Shown piece after piece: positions 57,489-64,000 of a stretch of 64,000 bases of DNA. Position 1 is the stretch's first letter, and each line of letters opens with the position of its first letter. The stretch comes from an uncultured archaeon. GTDB taxonomy: Archaea; Aenigmatarchaeota; Aenigmatarchaeia; QMZP01; JACQNV01. Below the pieces are notes generated by a model. The model was not told where the DNA came from. It did no database searches and saw nothing but the letters and a program-made list of their open reading frames with translations. The DNA lies in the NCBI GenBank assembly GCA_964410585.1, contig CAYPFW010000004.1, positions 21,120-85,119 on the forward strand, in the 5' to 3' direction. Both the position numbers and the translations under genes were made by a program.

Positions 57489-58535
57489 TCAACACATTTT
57501 CAAAGCAGCGTTTTCCATTTTTATTAGCCTTAAGTTTTCTCCAGATTTTTCAATTTCTATAATTGCACAATCACCCAAAAACTCAAACTCACCAAGCTTA
57601 AGGATTTCTCTGAAAATACAACTTATAGGACCGCCATGAGTCACTATTGCTATTGTAGAATATTTTTTACTCGACGTAATCTTTTCAAAAACATCAACTA
57701 TTCTTTTCTTGAAAGAATCATATGGTTCGGAATTCTTGACACTGTGACGCAGTTTATCTTTCTGTATTTTTTCCACTTCTTTTGAATATTTTAATTTTGC
57801 ATCTGATTTTACAAGACCTGTGAGCACCCCATAACTATTTCTTTCTCTAAAATCGTGGGCCTGCTCCAACTTGGCCTCTATTGATTGGTTTATTATTTCT
57901 ACTGTTTCTTTAGCCCTTATTCTTGGACTATAATAAATAATTTGAATGCCTTTGTTTTTCATTTTCTTTGCTAATTCAGCACACTGCACCTTTCCCTTTT
58001 CCGATAAGTGATCATCATAATCTCCTCCATACCTATCTTCAACATCGCCTGTTGTTTCACCGTGTCTTATCAAATAAATTTTCATAAAATACTTTCCAAT
58101 AATTTCATTTTTCTCATTATAAACAAAAGAAGCTTTTACATTTTTACCTTTCAAAACAATTGGCATCCAATGCTTGTCTGCTTCCCACATTTTGTCAAGA
58201 GGAAGTTTTGAAATCTCAAACCATTCTGGTTTCATTTCGTCGCTCTCTACTGGTTTTCCATTCCATTTATTAACAAGAAAAACATGAACAGTTTGATTCC
58301 ATTCAGACTTGTGTGGAAAATTAAAATTCAATTCTCCTGATTTTTGCAAAAAACTTTCTTCAATTTTAATTCCTGTTTCTTCAAAAAGTTCTCTGACTGC
58401 TGCGCTTTCTATTGTTTCACCATCGACCACTTTTCCACCAAAACCATTGTACAGGCCTGCTCCAAATCCTTTCTTTTTCATTCCAAGAAGGATTTTGTTG
58501 TCTTTGATCAACAAACAAAGCGTAGCCTGTTTCAT
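57489..58535 (-). CDS. fusion: MTH1/NUDT1-like NUDIX + histidine phosphatase
   Basis: NGFGGKV..RELFEETG, ESDEMKPEWF, MWEAD; then YLIRHGET, SPRIRA, VTHGG. Confidence 0.85.
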   Translation of the reverse strand: MKQATLCLLIKDNKILLGMKKKGFGAGLYNGFGGKVVDGETIESAAVRELFEETGIKIEESFLQKSGELNFNFPHKSEWNQTVHVFLVNKWNGKPVESDEMKPEWFEISKLPLDKMWEADKHWMPIVLKGKNVKASFVYNEKNEIIGKYFMKIYLIRHGETTGDVEDRYGGDYDDHLSEKGKVQCAELAKKMKNKGIQIIYYSPRIRAKETVEIINQSIEAKLEQAHDFRERNSYGVLTGLVKSDAKLKYSKEVEKIQKDKLRHSVKNSEPYDSFKKRIVDVFEKITSSKKYSTIAIVTHGGPISCIFREILKLGEFEFLGDCAIIEIEKSGENLRLIKMENAALKMC

Positions 58536-58544
58536 ATTTTAAAG

Positions 58545-58662
58545 GGCCCTCACTGGGATTTGAACCCAAACCAAAGGCTCCACAGGCCCGTATGCCTATG
58601 GAAAAGATACTCATATCTTTTTTACCAATGTGCCGATATACATCGTTTACACCATGAGGGCC
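58545..58662 (-). tRNA. tRNA-His(GTG) with D-arm intron(s) (~45 nt)
   Basis: G-1 GCCCTCA/TGAGGGC-C73, GGC CT GTG GA GCC, TTGGG TTCAAAT CCCAG. Confidence 0.85.
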
Positions 58663-58667
58663 ATCGA

Positions 58668-58860
58668 TGCGGGGGATGAGGATCGAACTCACGAAGGCAT
58701 TGCTCGGAAAGATCACTTTATTCTGTTTGTCCAAGTGATCAGTCTCTAAGCCACAGGATTTCATATCACAGTCTTTAAGACTCAAAACTTAAAATCCACG
58801 ACCTTAAGTATGGCAAACAACAAGTGCTACCTGCCCCTTTGGCCACTCGGGAACCCCCGC
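58668..58860 (-). tRNA. tRNA-Leu(TAA) with three introns (anticodon stem, 37/38, variable arm)
   Basis: GCGGGGG/CCCCCGC-A; exons CAGG|ACTTAAG|ATCCTG TGGCTTAG|TGCCTT CGTGAG TTCGATC CTCAT. Confidence 0.85.
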
Positions 58861-59805
58861 ATGAATAGTAAATTAGGTTTCAGATATTAATATCCAAATT
58901 GTTTTCAATTTACCAAATAATTTTTCATGTCGCTGTTATCGAAACGCTTATATATATAAACTGTATAATTAATTTGCATCAGATCTTCGCCTTAAAGCGG
59001 GTTCTGTGTTTGAGTTGGTTAACAGGTAACTGTTTCTTAACTGGCAATGAAAATTGCCTTGGACGTGTTGTTAAATGCGTCTATATTTTATAATGAGAAC
59101 TTAGAACTGAGATTTTAAGTTTGACATGGTGAAATCTTATTGAGATTAATGAAAAGGAGGAAGCAAGGAGTTCCCGCACAATTCCGGTTGATCCTGCCGG
59201 AGGTTACTGCTATCTGAATTCGACTAAGCTATGCAAGTTTTGAGTCAGTTTACTGGTTCAAAGCAAACCGCTCAGTAACACGTTGATAATCTGCCCTTAG
59301 GTCTTTTCTAATCCCGGGAAACTGGGGCCGAGGAAGAGATAGGTAAGAATTCCTGGAATGGTTTTTTACTGAATCTAAGGATGAGTCTGCGTTCTATCAG
59401 GTCGTAGTGGGTGTAACGGACCTACTAGCCTATAACGGATACGGGCCTTGAGAGAGGAAGCCCGGAGATGGATTCTGAGACAAAAATCCATGCTCTACGG
59501 AGTGCAGCAAGCGCGAAACGTTCTCAATGCACGCAAGTGTGAAGACGGGATTCAGAGTGTTTTCGTTTTAGAAAACTTTTGTCGAGTCTAGACAGCTCGG
59601 CGAATAAGAGGTGGGTAAGACGGGTGCCAGCCGCCGCGGTAATACCCGCGCCTCAAGTGGTGACCTCGTTTATTGGGTTTAAAGCATTCGTAGCCGGTCT
59701 AACAAGTTCCCAGTGAAATCCTATAGCCAACTATAGGGCCTGCTCGGAAAACTGTTAGGCTTGGGACCGGGAGAGGTTGAGAGTACTCCAGGGGTAAGGG
59801 TAAAA

Positions 59806-59932
59806 TTATACCCTTTTCTTTTTAGAAAAAAGAAAAGCCTTATAACCCAAAAGAAAAACTATTTTTGGAAAGGGTTAGAAAAATACTTAACCACTGTATA
59901 ACGGTTTTGGTTAATTTCTAAGGTTTTTACAA
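59806..59932 (+). other. 16S intron 1 (~127 nt, contains family A repeat)
   Basis: interrupts GGGTAAAA|TCTTATAATCC; gtaa/ttac helix with 3-nt bulges. Confidence 0.8.
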
Positions 59933-59963
59933 TCTTATAATCCTTGGAGGACTACCTGTGGCG

Positions 59964-60012
59964 TAACCTTTTTCGCTGACGCAAAAAACATTAACGGAAA
60001 AGAGTTTCACAT
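59964..60012 (+). other. 16S intron 2 (~49 nt)
   Basis: interrupts GTGGCG|AAGGCGCTC. Confidence 0.8.
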
Positions 60013-60197
60013 AAGGCGCTCAACTAGAACGGATCCGACGGTGAGGGATGAAAGCGTGGGGAGCGATTGGGATTAGATACCCCAGTAGTCCACGCTGTAA
60101 ACAATGCCCACTAGTCGTAAGAAACCTCACGGGGGTTTCTTATGTCGGAGCGAAAGCGTTAAGTGGGCCACCTGGGGAGTACGGCCGCAAGACTGAA

Positions 60198-60809
60198 ATA
60201 GAAGAAGTCCTATAATTATTTATGAACAAGGACATGGCGTATCTCTTGGGTGCTCTTAGGGACGGCAGCGTATTCTACGATAAAGCGAGTCGCAATTACA
60301 AAATCATCTGGTACGAGAACAATGTCAACTGGCTTGTAAATTCTATTGCATCAAGAATTAAACATGTATTTGGCAAAGAACCAAGAATAGAAGAATACAA
60401 AAAAGGTTATCATAGGGTTCTAGTAAGTTCGCAGAAAATTTACAATGTTTTTGTAAACGATTTTGGATTTGTAGCACCGCAAGAAAAATGGAATACACCT
60501 AAGAGTATCAAAAAAGCGGCCAAAGAGATCATAGCCGGTTATGTAGCTGGATTTTTTGATGCAGAAGGCGATGTAAATCCTGTTAAATATATGATAGGAA
60601 TAAGCCAAAAAAATTTGGAATCGCTGGAATTCATTAAAAATTGGCTACATAAAAACAACATACAATCAAGTAGGATTTTTGTCGCAGATAAGAAATCTGG
60701 CACAAGAAGATTCTATATAACTTCAAAAGAAAATTTTAAGTTGTTTGCGAATCTTGTAAAAATTGAACATCCTACAAAAATTAAGAAAATGGACAATCTT
60801 CTACAGTAA
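60198..60809 (+). mobile_element. 16S intron 3, BHB-type, encoding homing endonuclease
   Basis: interrupts GACTGAA|ACTTAAGGGAATTGG; terminal helix tagaaga/tcttcta. Confidence 0.88.
60222..60809 (+). CDS. two-motif LAGLIDADG homing endonuclease
   Basis: AYLLGALRDGS and YVAGFFDAEGD. Confidence 0.93.
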   Translation: MNKDMAYLLGALRDGSVFYDKASRNYKIIWYENNVNWLVNSIASRIKHVFGKEPRIEEYKKGYHRVLVSSQKIYNVFVNDFGFVAPQEKWNTPKSIKKAAKEIIAGYVAGFFDAEGDVNPVKYMIGISQKNLESLEFIKNWLHKNNIQSSRIFVADKKSGTRRFYITSKENFKLFANLVKIEHPTKIKKMDNLLQ

Positions 60810-60974
60810 ACTTAAGGGAATTGGCGGGGGAGCACACAAGGGGTGGATGCTGCGGTTTAATTGGATTCAACGCCAGGAACCTTACCAGTGGCGACAGCAG
60901 AATGAAGGTCAGATTAGTGATCTTACCAGACACGCTGAGAAGTGGTGCATGGCCGTCGTCAGTTCGTGTCGTGA

Positions 60975-61012
60975 AATCAATGACATGAAAGCCATGTTAT
61001 GGGTTCGATAAA
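60975..61012 (+). other. 16S intron 4 (~38 nt)
   Basis: interrupts CGTGTCGTGA|GATGTCCTGTTAAG; hairpin tgacatg/catgtta. Confidence 0.78.
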
Positions 61013-61032
61013 GATGTCCTGTTAAGTCAGGT

Positions 61033-61652
61033 AAATCCAAATGCCGTTTGTTTTTATTTAACAAAAATAAGATATAGAATGAAATATCTGGTAAACATCG
61101 AGACCTCTTGGCTAGTAGGAATATGGTCTGCTGATAGAGGAAGTTTAGCAAAAGGTGTGGTATCACTAAACAACAAAAACCAAAACATACTGGATACGTT
61201 TGTTAAATTTTCTCTTAAAAATTTCGATATCACAGATTCCAAAATTCGAAGGAGAAAAATTTTTGGGTATGGAATATCCAATGAAGTTTATTTCACCAGA
61301 CTACCTGCACGCAGATTTTTAGAAAATATGTTCAAAAATAGATCACAGTTAAAAAGGGAAAATTTGCTTGCATATTTTGCAGGAAGGCTAGACGGTGATG
61401 GAACAGTAGATTCGAAAAACAGTATTCTCTGCTACTATTATGGTCTTAATGAAATCGAACAATTGAAAACAGATGAGAAAATTTTGAAAAATTTAGGGTA
61501 TAAAACATCACACGGTTCATGTGGAAAAAAGGCTCTCAGAATGAGGGTTTTAAAACCAAGGGTGTTTGCTAAACATATTTTAGAATTTGTAAATCATCCT
61601 TCTAAAAAAGAAAATATTATCATGTTGATTAACAAACGGCATTATGGAGCCT
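61033..61652 (+). mobile_element. 16S intron 5, encoding homing endonuclease
   Basis: interrupts AAGTCAGGT|AACGAACAAGACCC; terminal helix aatgccgtttgtt/aacaaacggcatt. Confidence 0.88.
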
Positions 61653-61654
61653 AA
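61079..61654 (+). CDS. two-motif LAGLIDADG homing endonuclease
   Basis: WLVGIWSADRGS and YFAGRLDGDGT. Confidence 0.9.
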   Translation: MKYLVNIETSWLVGIWSADRGSLAKGVVSLNNKNQNILDTFVKFSLKNFDITDSKIRRRKIFGYGISNEVYFTRLPARRFLENMFKNRSQLKRENLLAYFAGRLDGDGTVDSKNSILCYYYGLNEIEQLKTDEKILKNLGYKTSHGSCGKKALRMRVLKPRVFAKHILEFVNHPSKKENIIMLINKRHYGA

Positions 61655-62042
61655 CGAACAAGACCCATGTCATTTGTTGCTAGTTCTTTTTTAAGGACGC
61701 ACTCAAATGAGACTGCCCGCGCTAAGTGGGAGGAAGGAATGGTCGACGGCAGGTCCGTATGCTCTGAATCCGCTGGGTTACACGCGGCATACAATGGTTG
61801 AGACAGTGGGCTGCGACTCCGTAAGGAGAAGCTAATCCTTAAACTCAATCCTAGTCCAGATCGAGGGCTGCAACCCGCCCTCGTGAAGCCGAAATCCCTA
61901 GTAGTCGCTTGTCATCATCCAGCGACGAATGAGTTCCTGCTCCTTGCACACACTGCCCGTCAAGCCATCCGAGTGGATCTTTGACGAGCTCTTAGTTTTT
62001 GCTGAGATCGAGTCACAGTTCTGTGAGGAGGGCTAAGTCGTA

Positions 62043-62148
62043 AGATAGAAAGATGGGCAATAAGAGTTTTGTTTTGTAATCAATATACAGGACATTACTA
62101 TGACTGATATGTGTATTAAGATGTAAGAATCATCTTTCTGTCCGATAA
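62043..62148 (+). other. 16S intron 6 (~106 nt) near the 3' end
   Basis: interrupts AAGTCGTA|ACAAGGTAGCC; terminal helix gatagaaagatg/catctttctgtc. Confidence 0.85.
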
Positions 62149-62218
62149 ACAAGGTAGCCCTACGGGAACGTGGGGCTGGATCACCTCCTTAATTTTTTAT
62201 CTCGATATGACACCAAAT

Positions 62219-62395
62219 CTACTCTTTCTTTTCAAAAAAGAAAGAGCACAGTCCAGAAAGAAAACGGTATACGAACAAAGTCTACAGTACCCAAAAGAAC
62301 TAGGTTACAAAAAACCGTTAACGTTCAAAGAAAACTAATATAGAAAAAATCAAAGGCTAAAGTACCCAAAGAAAACTAATATACAAAATAAAAAC
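62219..62395 (+). repeat. tandem cluster of family A modules in the 16S-tRNA-Ala spacer
   Basis: ctctttcttttcaaaaaagaaagag hairpin, then about four degenerate gtacccaaagaaaactaatatac-type tails. Confidence 0.8.
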
Positions 62396-62477
62396 TCAAA
62401 ACAAATAAACCAAAGAACAATTCATTAAAACTGACACCGGCGAATATATATTTACTTGATCAAATTATTTGATCATT

Positions 62478-62587
62478 GGGCCGGTAGATCAGCGGTATAA
62501 TCTTTTACAAAAGATTAATAAAGAATCACGCTACAGATCGCTCGCCTTGCAAGCGAGAGGCCACGGGTTCAAATCCCGTCCGGTCCA
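62478..62587 (+). tRNA. tRNA-Ala(TGC) with D-loop intron (~62497-62534)
   Basis: GGGCCGG/CCGGTCC-A, CTCGC CT TGC AA GCGAG; helix agcg/cgct with 3-nt bulges. Confidence 0.92.
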
Positions 62588-63074
62588 TTACATCGCTGTA
62601 AAGCGATTTAGATGTTCCTTATTAAATAAGGACGTTTGTTAAGAGTTGTGAAACTCGTCATTGGAAATAGCTGTTCAGAGTCAAGCTACATTGGTGACAA
62701 TTTGTAGTTAAGCAGCAAGAGACAAACGAGTCTCTATACACTGATTCTGAATTGCTATCTATTCTCCTAAGAGGGGAATTGTTTACAAATATCACGATCA
62801 TTGAAATCGCGGCGCTGCCCCTTATAACATAAGGGCTTTTGTTAGCGATTTCTTGATACTAATGAGGTCTTTCAAAAGTTGAAAGACTGATATGAGAAGG
62901 ATAAATGATAGACAGAAGCGCTATATGTTGATTTCAACATAGAAACTTCTTAAGAGTCGAGTCTGACCAGAAGTCTCCGCGATAACATCGCGGCAGCTGT
63001 TAATGAAGACGTGAACACCAAATGATATCCTTCGTATGATTGTCATAGGTAAGTTATCCTGACCAATACACAGG

Positions 63075-64000
63075 ACGCTGTGCTGTGTGGTGGATGGTTT
63101 GGCTCAGAAACCGAAGAAGGGCGTGGCAAGCTACGATATGCTCGGGGTAGGCGCATGCAGCCTTTGAACCCGAAGATTCCTTAATTGGACGTCCTAGCTT
63201 TTAGCTATTCGCGTCAGCGAAGGGCTACGCGGGGAACTGAAACATCTCAGTAGCCGCAGGAAAAGAAAGCAATGCGATTCCCTTAGTACAGGCGATGGAA
63301 AAGGGAACAGAACAAACCGAATCCTACCAGAAATGGATAGGAAATGTGGGGTTTGGACTTGGGTTCTGCTTAGCTGTTTTGTTCGAAGTGAGTTGAAAAA
63401 CTCTACTCAAAAGGGTGATAGTCCCGTAGAAGAAAAACAGAAAGTGGCTACCAAGTATCCAGAGTAATGTCGGTCGGATATCCGGCATGAATGCGGGGGC
63501 CAGTAACCCCTAATTCTAAACATAATCTGAGACCGATAGCGTATTAGTACGGCGATGGAAAACTGAAAAGCATTCTTACCAGAAGATGAAAAGAGCCTGA
63601 AACCATACAGTGATAGTCAGATATGGCTTGTTAATTTTGTTCGAACGTAAGGAGAACAGAATCACAGGTTATATCGTCAGTTTCGAAACATTGGACAAGG
63701 AGTTTACTTTCATGGCGAGGTTAACCGTTTAGGGTAGCCGCAGCGAAAGCAAAATCTGCGCAGCTTGCAAGGCAGATGGGTGTGAAAGCGCCCAAGTCAT
63801 GAGGGTAAGACCTGAACCCGCTTGATCTAGTCCTTGATAGAGTGAAATCCTGCGAAAGCGGGATGGAGGCTCGCTTCCCATATTGAGATTCAAATCATTG
63901 GGGTGATCTGGGACTAGGGGTGAAAAGCCAATCGAAAGCGGTGATTGCTGGTTCCTCTCGAAATGAGTCTGGCTCAGCCTCACTGGAGATAGGTTAAGGT
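63075..64000 (+). rRNA. rrl: 23S rRNA gene, 5' part (start approximate, runs off window)
   Basis: GGTGGATGGTTTGGCTC, GAACTGAAACATCTCAGTA, GACCGATAGC, GGGGTGAAAAGCCAATCGAA. Confidence 0.93.

Larger units (their letters stand above)
59181..62189 (+). rRNA. rrs: 16S rRNA gene (archaeal) with six introns
   Basis: ATTCCGGTTGATCCTGCC start, GTGCCAGCCGCCGCGGTAA, GATTAGATACCC, GGATCACCTCCT end. Confidence 0.97.

Noticed and set aside
58344-58785. ORFs of 111 and 122 aa
   Set aside because: They overlap tRNA-His, tRNA-Leu and the NUDIX start; spurious
62219-62410. CRISPR array
   Set aside because: Repeats are degenerate and irregular, there are no distinct unique spacers of constant length, and no cas genes are in the window
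60763-63983. Short ORFs within 16S/23S exons (60763, 60909, 61651, 63729)
   Set aside because: They lie in conserved rRNA sequence
1-64000. Autonomous transposase, integrase, reverse transcriptase or provirus that could mobilise the repeats
   Set aside because: No ORF with recognisable DDE, HUH, tyrosine/serine recombinase, RT or capsid motifs; only the two intron LAGLIDADG genes are mobility-related

Overview
AT-rich archaeal genomic window; gene content and intron-rich stable RNA genes suggest a small-genome DPANN lineage (inference; not assignable further without a search). It holds housekeeping genes (uppS, htpX, AK6, rpl15e, nop5, flpA, ileS, eIF5A, DHS, DRG GTPase, rtcA, beta-CASP, tyrS, trpS), a MoxR-VWA-DUF58 cluster, a sufBDSUC operon with an HTH regulator, clusters of orphan ORFs, a 2050-aa subtilase, eight intron-containing tRNA genes (up to three introns each, many at non-canonical sites) and an rRNA operon whose 16S gene has six introns (two encode LAGLIDADG endonucleases). 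Two candidate undescribed systems stand out. (1) At 45.3-48.7 kb, an operon: winged-HTH ORF whose 3' end contains a non-canonical tRNA-Tyr(GUA)-like cloverleaf (C33, acceptor mismatch), then a TyrRS/CDPS-like protein lacking HIGH and KMSKS, a PLP aminotransferase and the true TyrRS. (2) A ~55-nt dispersed hairpin repeat that starts at the 5' splice sites of tRNA and 16S introns and also sits in mRNA leaders, intercistronic gaps and the ITS, like an intron-generating mini-element. All calls come from reading the sequence and motifs by eye; no database searches were run, and intron boundaries are accurate to about 1-3 nt.
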